Position numbers and translations under genes: made by a program. A stretch of DNA of 64,000 nt, from sequence record MK308675.1; one strand, written 5' to 3'. Positions 28,699 through 38,681 of the stretch are shown here, piece after piece. The notes beneath the pieces were generated by a model. The model worked only from the letters and a program-made list of their open reading frames with translations, did no database searches and was not told the origin of the DNA. Position 1 is the stretch's first letter; the number at the start of each line of letters is the position of its first letter.

Positions 28699-29346
28699 CT
28701 ATTTAAAGTCTCGGCTTAACCAATGCAGAGTAGCCTTTACCTTTTCAGCGGTTTCTTCAATAGTGCCTGAAGAATCTACCATAGCGGCATGGTCTGTCTT
28801 GGCCGCCAAATCCATGAACTTTAAACGAGCTCGCTGGAAGAAAGCCAGTCCGGACATTTCGATGCGGTCTAGCTCACCACGGCCACGGGCACGTTCCATC
28901 CCTAACATTGGGTCGACATCCATGTAGATGTAGAAGTCAGGCTCAAAGCCACCTAGTGCCACATCGCGAATGGGCATTAACTGGCAGTCAGGAATGCCGC
29001 GACCTGCACCTTGGTACGCTAAGGTAGACCAATCGTGTCGGTCACCGATAACTAACTTACCTTTCATAAGGGCAGGTTTAATGACGTTCTCTACTAACTG
29101 AACTCGAGCTGCGTACATCATGAGAAGCTCCGTTCGGTCATTGAGTACCTCGCCTTCATGTTCTTGCTTTACAAGAGCACGAAGTTTCTCGGCTAACACC
29201 GTACCGCCTGGTTCACGAACACACACGATGTCGTCTGGTGAAATACCGACGGAAATGGCATAATCTTTAATTGCTTGAATGGCAGTTGACTTACCTGCGC
29301 CTTCTAGACCTTCGATTACAATAAAGCGGCCGTACTTTGAAATCAC
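28699..29346 (-). CDS. tmk: thymidylate kinase
   Basis: IVIEGLEGAGKST P-loop, REPGGT, DRH...AYQG; GTG start at 29346 with AGGAG SD. Confidence 0.92.
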   Translation of the reverse strand: MISKYGRFIVIEGLEGAGKSTAIQAIKDYAISVGISPDDIVCVREPGGTVLAEKLRALVKQEHEGEVLNDRTELLMMYAARVQLVENVIKPALMKGKLVIGDRHDWSTLAYQGAGRGIPDCQLMPIRDVALGGFEPDFYIYMDVDPMLGMERARGRGELDRIEMSGLAFFQRARLKFMDLAAKTDHAAMVDSSGTIEETAEKVKATLHWLSRDFK

Positions 29347-29963
29347 GCTGGTTCTCCTGTTACTTCTGTGAACACGGGATAGTTGGAAAGGAAACGGAAC
29401 AGTTCGTCGGTTGTTGCGCCTAAAGGTGACGCCGTATCGATGAAGCACGCGGCACGTCCGTGAATGGCGTAACTGTAAACGAATCTCTGTTCGCCCGTCC
29501 TAGGGTTGACAATCATGCTAGGCGTTGGCGCTAGGCGGATTGTGAAGCGGTCGTCGAGCATCGGGTCATAAGCCGTAATGGGTGAACCTCCCAAGAGCGC
29601 TTCGTACGCATCGAACGTCACTTCGCCAGGAGGCGCATAGTTCGCATCGATGTAACGAACTTGTGGAGCCACGAAAGACGGCTCTGCGAATTCCGTATAG
29701 TGGAAGTACGTCTTATTGCGAGAGTTGATTTCGAACTCGATGTCCGCAGACGCAGTTAGGTCAAATCGCTGCAGATTGCCAGCGTCGACGTAGTCCACAA
29801 AACTGTCCGGACGCAGTCGAACTTGAAACAGCTTACCTTCGGCATCTACAGAACGACATTCCCAGATGCGGTACACTACGCCGTTCAGTAAGTTGGTTAA
29901 GTAGCGAGGCATCTGCGTACCTGCCGCTATGCGTCGGAAGATTTCCATTAAGTCTTCTTGCAT
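29343..29963 (-). CDS. hypothetical protein
   Basis: 206-aa ORF, GGAG SD. Confidence 0.75.
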   Translation of the reverse strand: MQEDLMEIFRRIAAGTQMPRYLTNLLNGVVYRIWECRSVDAEGKLFQVRLRPDSFVDYVDAGNLQRFDLTASADIEFEINSRNKTYFHYTEFAEPSFVAPQVRYIDANYAPPGEVTFDAYEALLGGSPITAYDPMLDDRFTIRLAPTPSMIVNPRTGEQRFVYSYAIHGRAACFIDTASPLGATTDELFRFLSNYPVFTEVTGEPA

Positions 29964-29978
29964 GGTGGTTTCTCCAAG

Positions 29979-30533
29979 TTAAAGTTTAATGCCTAGCTTA
30001 CGTAAAGCGTAGACTTCGTCGTCGTTTAATTCAACAGATTCTGCGATTGTGTTTTCTATGCCCTTATAAACATCGCTTAGCTTTTCTCGCCACTGGTCAC
30101 GTTCTACTTTAAAGGGCGCCAAGGCAATGCGTTCGGAACCAATAGTTCTTAAGTGGTGTTCGGGAACCTCTCCCTCAGGAACTGGCAACCACGTCACATC
30201 GCCATACTTCTCTACCGTCTCTTCCGTGACGTTGAAACGAAGAATTTTGAAGTTCACTTTATGGTTGTCTGCATTAGGCCACTGCTGAGGAAGCATCTTT
30301 TCCTCAGTCTCGTAAAATACTTGACTCTCAGAGAGGAGTTCCTTTGTGCGGGCACAGTGCCCTGAGAAGTCCGCTTTAGGGTATCGGTCAGGATGGAACA
30401 GGTCTCTCATTGGTTCCGAGATTTCCCGGGCCAAGTTAAAGGCATCGGCCGTTGGGCCGCACGTATAGCAGAGTTCGCGATACTTCGGCTCAATGAGGCG
30501 CTTAAGCGCCTCAGGTCGGTAGGTTAAACGCAT
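29979..30533 (-). CDS. hypothetical protein
   Basis: 184-aa ORF in operon. Confidence 0.75.
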   Translation of the reverse strand: MRLTYRPEALKRLIEPKYRELCYTCGPTADAFNLAREISEPMRDLFHPDRYPKADFSGHCARTKELLSESQVFYETEEKMLPQQWPNADNHKVNFKILRFNVTEETVEKYGDVTWLPVPEGEVPEHHLRTIGSERIALAPFKVERDQWREKLSDVYKGIENTIAESVELNDDEVYALRKLGIKL

Positions 30534-31174
30534 GGCGGTACTTCTCCGTGCTCTAGGATTTTATGTTGAAGTAGTAACGCTTCAACTTCTTTCTGTGAAA
30601 GAAACCCTGGAACTTCGGTACGTACATTTAAAGCCTTGCCGCTATACATACAAATCAAGCGGAAGGGCATGCGAGGTTCTTCACGTAACTGTCCCAGAGA
30701 AATGAACTCCTCTTTTGGCTCCACAATCAGTAAGCGGTTATGGCCGCCACTCCAAGGCTCCAGCTCGAAACGCGTAGGCATATCGGATTGGAAGCTATGC
30801 AGTGGGATAGCGTATTGCTTTCCTTTGAACTCATAGACATAGTTACGGAGAGATAGTCCTACCTTAGAGAACGACCATTGAGGCAAGTCACAGAGAGGTA
30901 TCTCTAAACACTCGAACTCTTCTCCCATTACAGGGATTACGATAGACTGTCCATCTTTTATAGTATATGAACCTTTCGTCATATCAAAAGTGCGCCCGGT
31001 ACTAACATGACAGAACGAACAGGACGTAGACATCGCCTGAGCGAATTCCTTTAGTTGCGTTTCCGGGGTTTTCATCAAAGAAACGGCAAGGGCCTTATCC
31101 ATTTCGAAGAGGGCTTCGCTCGCTTCCTCTTGACCCGCATTAATTTGCTTTATTAGGTTAAAGTAGTTAGGCAT
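30524..31174 (-). CDS. hypothetical protein
   Basis: 216-aa ORF in operon. Confidence 0.75.
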   Translation of the reverse strand: MPNYFNLIKQINAGQEEASEALFEMDKALAVSLMKTPETQLKEFAQAMSTSCSFCHVSTGRTFDMTKGSYTIKDGQSIVIPVMGEEFECLEIPLCDLPQWSFSKVGLSLRNYVYEFKGKQYAIPLHSFQSDMPTRFELEPWSGGHNRLLIVEPKEEFISLGQLREEPRMPFRLICMYSGKALNVRTEVPGFLSQKEVEALLLQHKILEHGEVPPCV

Positions 31175-31583
31175 TTTGTTTCTCCTGTTCTTTTAGCTTT
31201 TTAGCGTCAGTAATCTTCTCTTGAGTTTGAACAATCGCTGTATCAATCCAATCGTTACCGTTCTCGTCTAAACGAGTAGGACGCAAGTATTGGTCCATCT
31301 CTTTGGACAGCGCTTCTAGTTGACGCTCTGAGATAAACTTAAAGCGACGTAGGTTCTTCGGTAAGAAAAGTCCACGGAAATGATAATGGCTACAGAAGTC
31401 TTTATCATTCTTTAGGCGACGAACGAAGGCCTCATAGAAACCTTCCTTATAAGCAGTAAGTAGTTTCTTACCTACTTTGTGCTTTTTGTTATATGGGTTC
31501 CAGTAGTTAGTCGGACCATACTTTTTGAAGTTCTCCGCACCTTCGCGTTTAGCTTGGAGAATCTGCTGCTGGAGCTTATTCAT
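31167..31583 (-). CDS. hypothetical basic protein
   Basis: start moved to MNKLQ, adjacent to upstream stop. Confidence 0.7.
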   Translation of the reverse strand: MNKLQQQILQAKREGAENFKKYGPTNYWNPYNKKHKVGKKLLTAYKEGFYEAFVRRLKNDKDFCSHYHFRGLFLPKNLRRFKFISERQLEALSKEMDQYLRPTRLDENGNDWIDTAIVQTQEKITDAKKLKEQEKQNA

Positions 31584-31584
31584 G

Positions 31585-32097
31585 TTAGAGTTCCGTGTGT
31601 TTGTAGAAATACTCACGCTTTAGTCGTTCTTCGTAAGGAACAGGCGCATCTCCGTGGTTCATTAAGATGCGGTTGTGTGCCCAGTTTTGACAGCGACCTA
31701 AGATTTCTAGGTACGTGGCAATAGACTCTACGCCATCAGAGACGTAGGCCATCTCGTCACCTTCATTGCCCCAATCAGCAGGAATGAAGAGATGACACAT
31801 GTCGTTACGTTTTTGGTAGACCTCACAGAGCTTGCCATCTACTGCATAGACCGGCTTACCTGCTTCTTCGTAGATGCTTTCCATTCCGTTTTCCGCAGAG
31901 TAGAACGTAACCTTTGAAGAGAAGCTATCCTGCGCATCTTCAGCATCTTTAAAATGTGCTACGACGATTGGCAGGTTATCTTCGTTGCGGGCGACGACAA
32001 AAGCCTGGAGATGTTCCGCAGCCGGACCACCGGTAACTAGGATGGTTAGTACTTCTTCCGTATCTGGCTTCTGCCAGTTTAAAATAGACATGGTCAT
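31585..32097 (-). CDS. hypothetical protein
   Basis: 170-aa ORF, AGGAG SD. Confidence 0.75.
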   Translation of the reverse strand: MTMSILNWQKPDTEEVLTILVTGGPAAEHLQAFVVARNEDNLPIVVAHFKDAEDAQDSFSSKVTFYSAENGMESIYEEAGKPVYAVDGKLCEVYQKRNDMCHLFIPADWGNEGDEMAYVSDGVESIATYLEILGRCQNWAHNRILMNHGDAPVPYEERLKREYFYKHTEL

Positions 32098-32108
32098 GGT
32101 AGTTCTCC

Positions 32109-33143
32109 TTAAACAGACGCGATGTAATGATTAAAAGCCGAGAGGCTCTCTTTAGCGAAGATGTGATTGACGATGATGCCTTCGAAGAGCTTAGCATTAG
32201 GTTTCTCCGGCAGGTCGGATTTAGCCATAATGTTTTTAACGCATTGACGGACATCTTCAATCGTGCGTTCCAGTTCGTCGAGTAAATCTTGAGTCATCTC
32301 ACTACGTTTGATTTCCAGAATCTTCTTAGCTAAGTTTTCTTCTAGAGGTAGGGACAGATGGCTGTTCTCTGCGATATCCAAGCACTGGAAGGCAACACGA
32401 TAAATGTGCCCCAAGGCCTTAGCATCGTAACCATTACGTTCAGTGAGCTTCATGCGGTTGCCGTAGCCATTGAACTTCTTCTCGATTCCGTAGAAGAACT
32501 GCTCCGCTGGAGCGTTCAAGTTAAACTGCTTATCCTTAAAGCGAACCTTTGCGAACTTGCCTTTGTCGACGATGTCCACAAGGCCTTCTTCAACAAAGCG
32601 GTCTAAGTCAAAGGCGTCACGCACGTACTTAGCGTCTCGGTTGAACGTATCCATGATGGCCTGGAGCTCACGCATAGCGGAGATTTTACGGTCATAGTCC
32701 GCGCAGTGCGTTTCCATATACTCCATCATGCCCGTCAGTGACGTTGACAGCGCGTACTTACGTTGCGCCGATAGTTTATACCATAGTTCCGAAGAATAGA
32801 GGACGTAGGTTTCAGGAGTATACAACGTATCGATAAGGTTAGTATCGGTCTTCTCGATACATTCCGTAAATGACGTGATGGGTTTAACTTCAACTTCTAG
32901 GTCTGCTTCTTCCAGTTCCAGCTTAACGGTTTGACAAGCTCGGGAACTTAGGATATCCGAGCAGCTAGGCTGATACCATGCTTTAAAGTCTACGTCGGAC
33001 TGGGCATCGGCTGTACCATGTAGATAGCTGCCCGACACGCCTAAGAACAATAGCGTCCCGCCAATCTCTTTAACTGCGAGATTGACCTGTTCCAGTACGC
33101 TGAGCTCTTCTTCTTCCGTTAGGAAATCTCTTAGCTTTTTCAT
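32109..33143 (-). CDS. Pol beta-superfamily nucleotidyltransferase (T4 NrdC.11-like)
   Basis: GVSGSYLHGT-x-x-x-x-SDVDF motif; GYD-x-KAL-x-H-x-x-R near C-terminus. Confidence 0.8.
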   Translation of the reverse strand: MKKLRDFLTEEEELSVLEQVNLAVKEIGGTLLFLGVSGSYLHGTADAQSDVDFKAWYQPSCSDILSSRACQTVKLELEEADLEVEVKPITSFTECIEKTDTNLIDTLYTPETYVLYSSELWYKLSAQRKYALSTSLTGMMEYMETHCADYDRKISAMRELQAIMDTFNRDAKYVRDAFDLDRFVEEGLVDIVDKGKFAKVRFKDKQFNLNAPAEQFFYGIEKKFNGYGNRMKLTERNGYDAKALGHIYRVAFQCLDIAENSHLSLPLEENLAKKILEIKRSEMTQDLLDELERTIEDVRQCVKNIMAKSDLPEKPNAKLFEGIIVNHIFAKESLSAFNHYIASV

Positions 33144-33144
33144 T

Positions 33145-34425
33145 TTAACCTCTTAAATATTTGCGAACGAAATCTACTTCGTTAGTTGCAGTGTTGAGTA
33201 CCTTATGGCGCAGAATGTGATTACAGGCTTGTAGCTGGGCCTTATGAATGAGGTCCGGCACAGACTTCTTGTTAGCGCAGTTTTCTGCAATCGACTTTGA
33301 GTCCACGCCCTTGAGTTGTTCAACGGCCTCAAAGAACAAGTAGACTTGCTCATAGCGCTTACTTTCAAACTCTGCGATTTCTTCCCGCTTGTGTCCTCGG
33401 CCTCGAGCATCTGAGATACACACCGCCATGGTGCCCGCCAATAAGCGAGGGTTCTGAACCGCACGGTGCTCTCGAATAATCTCTAAGAGTTTCTTCTTAG
33501 TTATTTGAGAACCTTTGGTCGTCGACTGGTGAATCTTAGTGTGGTTCTTACAGGCAACTAGCGCTAGCTTACGATATTGACTAGGCACTTTCCAGTCATC
33601 GCAGAACTTCTCGATTAAAGGAAGGCCCACCTCAGCATGACCGTAAGCATTGCCTCGTTCTCTATAGCAAGAAGGCTTCCCAATGTCGTGTAGGAACGCG
33701 GCTAACGTGACTTTAGGACAACCGAAGACCTTAGCTGCATAGTCCGTGACAAGTCTCGTATGGTTCGCTACGTTGCCTTCTGGGTGGTGTTCTAGATTCT
33801 GAGGTGTATCTTCATATTCTCCCCATAGACCATAAGCACCGACATCAGAAAGGAACTTGAAGAACGTAGAAATAGAACCGCCATGGACGATAACCTTTTC
33901 GAGTTCTCGCCACCAACGTTCCCGTGATACTTCTTCTAGATGCTCAGAAGCGATACGACATTCGCGGTAAAGTTCTGCTGTAGGCTCTAGGTCATAAAGA
34001 GCTAAGAAGCGAGCAGCACGCAGGACACGAAGTGGGTCTTCATGGAAATGTTTACCGATAGGACGTAGCATGCGTTGCTCTACGTCTTTAATGAAACCAT
34101 GTGGGTCGATGAACTCTTCTTTCTCTTCGTCATACGCGATAGCATTGATGGTGAAGTCACGGCGCAACAGGTCCTCTTCTAACGTAACGCCTTCCCAGTT
34201 ACAATCGAAGCCAGTATGACCTACACCTTCTTTCTTATCAGTGCGGGCAAGGGCGTGCTCGTCACCGTACGCATCCATAAAGACAGGGAAGTCTTTACCG
34301 ATTTGTATAAAGCCTTGACGGACCATCGAAGTAGGGGTTTCATTAATAACCACGTAGTCCACGTCTTTAGGTTCAAGTCTCATTAACTTATTGCGGCACC
34401 AGCCACCTACTATATATTTTTCCAT
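33145..34425 (-). CDS. cca: tRNA nucleotidyltransferase (CCA-adding) with HD domain
   Basis: VGG-x-x-R...KDVDYVV, GKDFPVF, EDL-x-RRDFTINA, DPLRVLRAARF, HHPEG, LHDIGK. Confidence 0.9.
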   Translation of the reverse strand: MEKYIVGGWCRNKLMRLEPKDVDYVVINETPTSMVRQGFIQIGKDFPVFMDAYGDEHALARTDKKEGVGHTGFDCNWEGVTLEEDLLRRDFTINAIAYDEEKEEFIDPHGFIKDVEQRMLRPIGKHFHEDPLRVLRAARFLALYDLEPTAELYRECRIASEHLEEVSRERWWRELEKVIVHGGSISTFFKFLSDVGAYGLWGEYEDTPQNLEHHPEGNVANHTRLVTDYAAKVFGCPKVTLAAFLHDIGKPSCYRERGNAYGHAEVGLPLIEKFCDDWKVPSQYRKLALVACKNHTKIHQSTTKGSQITKKKLLEIIREHRAVQNPRLLAGTMAVCISDARGRGHKREEIAEFESKRYEQVYLFFEAVEQLKGVDSKSIAENCANKKSVPDLIHKAQLQACNHILRHKVLNTATNEVDFVRKYLRG

Positions 34426-34477
34426 TTTGAAAATCCTTAATAAAGCCGTAGTCTAAAACAGACTACGGCAGGGATGA

Positions 34478-35032
34478 TTAATCTGCTCCAGGAGGAGGCG
34501 TTTGTAGTGTGTACTCTGGCTGGTACCCGTTACCGTTAGTTCCGTCGAAAACTCGACGCTCCATCTTGGCGTTGTCGTCTCCAACGAAAAGTCTGTGATG
34601 GTTTCTTCTGTCGTTCTTTGGAGGAATCATTTCCGAAGACATGTCTTCCACGTAGTCCTTAGGCGGTTTTTCGTTAGACTCAAACTCTTCCTTGCGATAT
34701 GGTTCCAGTAACGCGTTCGCAATCACCGATACTGCCGCATAAGCACCTTCTTCTTTCATGTTCATGCGAGCAATATCTTCTGCGTCTTTCGGCATAGCGT
34801 TTTGGATTTTCTCCAGTTCGTCCACAATGGGGCGAAGCTTCGCTAATGCTTTGGCCACAGATACGGTAGCGTTGGTGTTGATATATAGAGACTGGTTAAC
34901 CATCTCGCGATAACGCTTCTTATAGTGCGCTGCACGTTTCTTGGCTTTAGATGTGGTTAGGTAATGTGAGATTGCCCAACCGACCATGATACCGGCACCC
35001 GAGAACAATACAGCCATTATTGATTCATTCAT
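34478..35032 (-). CDS. membrane-anchored coiled-coil protein
   Basis: N-terminal TM segment, helical body. Confidence 0.7.
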   Translation of the reverse strand: MNESIMAVLFSGAGIMVGWAISHYLTTSKAKKRAAHYKKRYREMVNQSLYINTNATVSVAKALAKLRPIVDELEKIQNAMPKDAEDIARMNMKEEGAYAAVSVIANALLEPYRKEEFESNEKPPKDYVEDMSSEMIPPKNDRRNHHRLFVGDDNAKMERRVFDGTNGNGYQPEYTLQTPPPGAD

Positions 35033-35898
35033 TATAGTTTACCTGTTGCTTTAAAGAGGAAATTGATTTCGGTAAGTTTAGTGTTGACAGAATCAATTCT
35101 GAACTGACCGTCGGGTAGGAAGTAAATAGATGCCACTTCGACATCGACGCAATCTTCCGTACTAAAGAAACGCTTAATGGTTTCACCTTGGACCGGATGC
35201 TCCACTGAAGCTGAGAGCATTTCCAGACGAGCAACTTCAGAAGGTCTGCGAGTGGACTGAATGCTAACATCTTCCAGGTTAATATTGTTCTTGCCTCCAG
35301 GCCAGTGAATGTACTGACCCATTAGCTCAAACACATTCCCCTGAACCGGTCCGCCGTTACGTACAGCTAGGGTGTAAGGGATAGTAAATTCCGGAGTTTC
35401 CTGTTTGACAATCTGCATCTTGAAGTCAAATGCGTCGAGGCCATCTGTACGAACGTAACTATGTTCGCCTTTTCGATTGAAACATAAAAAGGTACCTGGG
35501 CAACTAGAATACCGAGATACGACCGTAGACCGTGGAGCCGTCTGTAGTGCGGCAGGTAGACGAGAATCTTCGACGATGATTCGGATACCGAAGACATTTA
35601 GTAATGCCTCCATATTTCCGCCTTTGGCTTGGAATAGTTGCTTATCGACAACTAGAATCTCGGGTGGATTTTCGATGATGTCTTGTGGCGATTTGTAACC
35701 CATCACGTTCTCGGTAAAGTAGCCGATGCGTTTTAAGGCGTGCTTGTGAGCTAGGAGTTCCGACAGATGTAGGGCTAACTGCGAAGTACCTGAAAAGGTA
35801 TCTCCTAGGACCCGATAAAGGCGCTGTTTACCTAAAGCCTTCGCGTTGAAGGACGTCTTTACAGTTGTTTTAGTTTGCGAAAGAAATGTGCTGTTCAT
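35032..35898 (-). CDS. hypothetical protein (degenerate P-loop-like N-terminus)
   Basis: RVLGDTFSGTSQLA and EILVVD segments. Confidence 0.6.
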   Translation of the reverse strand: MNSTFLSQTKTTVKTSFNAKALGKQRLYRVLGDTFSGTSQLALHLSELLAHKHALKRIGYFTENVMGYKSPQDIIENPPEILVVDKQLFQAKGGNMEALLNVFGIRIIVEDSRLPAALQTAPRSTVVSRYSSCPGTFLCFNRKGEHSYVRTDGLDAFDFKMQIVKQETPEFTIPYTLAVRNGGPVQGNVFELMGQYIHWPGGKNNINLEDVSIQSTRRPSEVARLEMLSASVEHPVQGETIKRFFSTEDCVDVEVASIYFLPDGQFRIDSVNTKLTEINFLFKATGKL

Positions 35899-35971
35899 GA
35901 GATAGACTCCGGCATAATTACGTTTATAAGCGATTGGTCTTTACGTGACCTAACGATGTAACATGACGCAG

Positions 35972-36451
35972 TTACGGGCGAATGCGTTTAAAGTCATCGC
36001 GGACTTTCTGGATGTAGACAACATCATATCGATAGACACTTCGTAGAATGTCTACAACTGAGTCTAGCCACACTTCGAGAATTTCGCGAGGATACTTCTC
36101 TGTTTCAAAGGCGGCTTGTTTACATATCCATTCCATGTGAGCGACAGCAGATGCGTCGTTCTTAGAAAGGTTTCTTACCGAGGCTTTCGCTGCTTGCTTA
36201 GATGCCAGTTTAATATGGTCCAGTAAGAAGTATGCGAAAAGGTTTGTTGCATTAGCGTGGATGGTCTGGTAAATAGGTCGCTTACATTTGCGACATTTAT
36301 AGCCAGGCTTAACTGCGGGGTCTTCATAGCTGTACTGAAACAACATGAGTTGGCGAGTCTCACAATCAGGACACTCTAACTCACGTCGGTTCATGACGGC
36401 ACCTAGGTAGTCGCGATAGACTGCTCCGTTAAATAAAGTTTGGTCTAACAT
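35972..36451 (-). CDS. zinc-ribbon-containing hypothetical protein
   Basis: CPDC and CRKC pairs. Confidence 0.7.
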   Translation of the reverse strand: MLDQTLFNGAVYRDYLGAVMNRRELECPDCETRQLMLFQYSYEDPAVKPGYKCRKCKRPIYQTIHANATNLFAYFLLDHIKLASKQAAKASVRNLSKNDASAVAHMEWICKQAAFETEKYPREILEVWLDSVVDILRSVYRYDVVYIQKVRDDFKRIRP

Positions 36452-36488
36452 ATAGTCTCCTATCTAAAAAATTTTAAGATAAGGTTTA

Positions 36489-36520
36489 TTATCCCTCTGC
36501 TCCTAAGAACAGAGGGATAA
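36489..36520 (-). terminator. intrinsic terminator
   Basis: TTATCCCTCTG/CAGAGGGATAA stem after stop of 36524-37381. Confidence 0.7.
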
Positions 36521-36523
36521 GGC

Positions 36524-37381
36524 TTAGCTGATGCGCAAGTAAGTTACGCCCGTAGCGTTTCCACCGGCATACCCGATGCGGTTTGCTGAAGGGTCGTACG
36601 TCAAGAACAGCTCTTTGACTTCTTCATCTTCGTAGTACTGGTCTTTATAGAACATCTTGATGTTGCCTGCATCGTAGATGAGTTCTTTGAACCACATCGG
36701 TTTCTGTTCTAAGCGGTAGCCGCCAGGAATGTCGTCATCCACATCGTTATCGCGAAGGTCGTCTTCGCCCATAAGCACATCTTCAAAGAAGCGTAACTCA
36801 ACGATATCCGCTGGGTTGCCGTCCATGTGGTAAGATTGCTCACGAAGATTCATCTCGCCGTGTAAACGATAAGACGTATTCTTTCTCGCGGGAATCACAG
36901 CCGTTGCAATGTGCGCATATTCGCCAGACAGATAAAGTTCTGACTTTTCTGAAGACGCAGTACATTCTTGCTGAATGTAGCCGTGCAGTACGTTGGTCAT
37001 AGAAGAATCTGTAACCACGATAATGTGTTTCTTCTCTAGCTGTTTGCGATAGCGATTAAAGAACTCAAAGTTACGTTCGATACGTAGGTCCAGAATAAAG
37101 ATGTCGTAAGCGCTAGCCACGATTTCTTCGGACTGGTCTTCCCACATGCGCTCACTGCCGCTATGGAAGATAAGTTTAGGTGTGCCTTTAGCATCGAAGT
37201 ATTCCGCTAGACGGAAACCTGCCGCTTGTGCCCAACTCCACTGACCGCAATGTTTTTCGCCGGTGAACTCTAGTTGAGCAGGGAAGTCAGGGTCTTGCAC
37301 CATGATTTCCATGTAGCGAGTACCTAAAGCATTGAAGGTATCAAAGAAGAACATTGCGCGGGCGATGTTTAAGAATTTCAT
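36524..37381 (-). CDS. hypothetical protein (degenerate P-loop-like segment)
   Basis: FTGEKHCGQW and YDIFILD segments; GAGGA SD. Confidence 0.65.
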   Translation of the reverse strand: MKFLNIARAMFFFDTFNALGTRYMEIMVQDPDFPAQLEFTGEKHCGQWSWAQAAGFRLAEYFDAKGTPKLIFHSGSERMWEDQSEEIVASAYDIFILDLRIERNFEFFNRYRKQLEKKHIIVVTDSSMTNVLHGYIQQECTASSEKSELYLSGEYAHIATAVIPARKNTSYRLHGEMNLREQSYHMDGNPADIVELRFFEDVLMGEDDLRDNDVDDDIPGGYRLEQKPMWFKELIYDAGNIKMFYKDQYYEDEEVKELFLTYDPSANRIGYAGGNATGVTYLRIS

Positions 37382-37429
37382 AACGTCCTCGTTAATAAAG
37401 TTAAATAAGAATAGTCAGATTAGCAGTCT

Positions 37430-37442
37430 GGCTATATAGGTT
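37430..37442 (-). promoter_or_regulatory. early-type promoter variant AACCTATATAGCC
   Basis: similar to 4925 and 47079 motif, upstream of 36524-37381. Confidence 0.45.
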
Positions 37443-37444
37443 TA

Positions 37445-38596
37445 TTATCCTCTTCGCTTACGCGTTTCGTGTAAGTTTTGAAGAGCCAGTTTAACAGCGT
37501 GGCGGGCACCAGAGATTTTCTCTTCGCAGCCGAAACTGATGTCGATGCCTTCATTGTCGCAGCCGAACTTCCCAGCTGACTTCAGAACGCCATCGCCGCG
37601 AGATTTTACTGACCAACGTCTCCAGCGTTTCTCTCCAGGCCAACGACTCCATGTTTGTTTGTACTCCGTCATGTACACGTCGAACCAAACACGCTCCATC
37701 GGATAGCCTTCGCAGTACAAGGAAGTTTCTAAGATAGCGTCAATGTGCGTGCCACCGTCATCTACGATATCGTCTCGGCCTTTAAGTAGTCGCTCCCAAC
37801 TGAGGTAATGGTGTAAGCCTCTCCATCCGTCCGTATTTCCGCAATCATCATAGAAGAACGTACTCACCATATGTTCTTTACACATGTAGAAGCCCGTAAT
37901 ACGAGACTCGCGAACTAAGTAACTTAGGAAAGGTAGTTCCGCTGAGAAGTATCCGCCGAACAAAACGAAGTTAAAACGTAGACTGAAGTTTGTCTCATCA
38001 CCGTAGCCCGTATAAACTTCAAAACGTGGCCAACCTGGCCCTTCCCAGCCCCACTCCAAGCGTAGGTCGCCTAAGTGTAAGTAACATTCATTGGTGTTCT
38101 TAACTCGGTGGAACCATATGGCATCTTTACAGCGCTGCCACAGCGTCATGCGCTTACCTTTCTCCACGGGAACTACGATGCGATGCAGAGACTTGTGTAA
38201 GGCCCAAACTCCACAGAACCCATAAACGATGAGCTGTAGGTTAAAGATGAGTAAATCGATTATAGGCAAGTAGCTCCCGTCCATACCGCACATTCGCGCG
38301 ATTACCGCAAGTACTACCAGGTAGCCGAAAACTTCTCTGGGTTTCTGACGACTATAAGAACTAGTCTCTCTTACTGACCCTAGGGTTACCAGCGAGGCCA
38401 ATAGAAGCCATGCGGTATAGACCATCAGGGACTCAGGGGAAACGATACCGAGATACGGCACATACTCGCGCCCCATGAAGTAAGTAATCGCCATATCCCA
38501 GCCAACATCCATTACAGAGAACAACAACATTAAGAAAAAGGCGAACGTTGACGCAGCTTGGAACGTCGCCCCTTTCTCTTTAAATAGGTTAAGCAT
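37445..38596 (-). CDS. membrane protein with soluble C-terminal domain
   Basis: about 4 N-terminal TM segments. Confidence 0.75.
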   Translation of the reverse strand: MLNLFKEKGATFQAASTFAFFLMLLFSVMDVGWDMAITYFMGREYVPYLGIVSPESLMVYTAWLLLASLVTLGSVRETSSYSRQKPREVFGYLVVLAVIARMCGMDGSYLPIIDLLIFNLQLIVYGFCGVWALHKSLHRIVVPVEKGKRMTLWQRCKDAIWFHRVKNTNECYLHLGDLRLEWGWEGPGWPRFEVYTGYGDETNFSLRFNFVLFGGYFSAELPFLSYLVRESRITGFYMCKEHMVSTFFYDDCGNTDGWRGLHHYLSWERLLKGRDDIVDDGGTHIDAILETSLYCEGYPMERVWFDVYMTEYKQTWSRWPGEKRWRRWSVKSRGDGVLKSAGKFGCDNEGIDISFGCEEKISGARHAVKLALQNLHETRKRRG

Positions 38597-38681
38597 TTCT
38601 TATCTCCTTAGTTTATTACCAATAGATTTTAAGCGAGGGTTAAAAGTAACAAGGCCCTGTCCGAAGACAGAGCCCTGCTGT

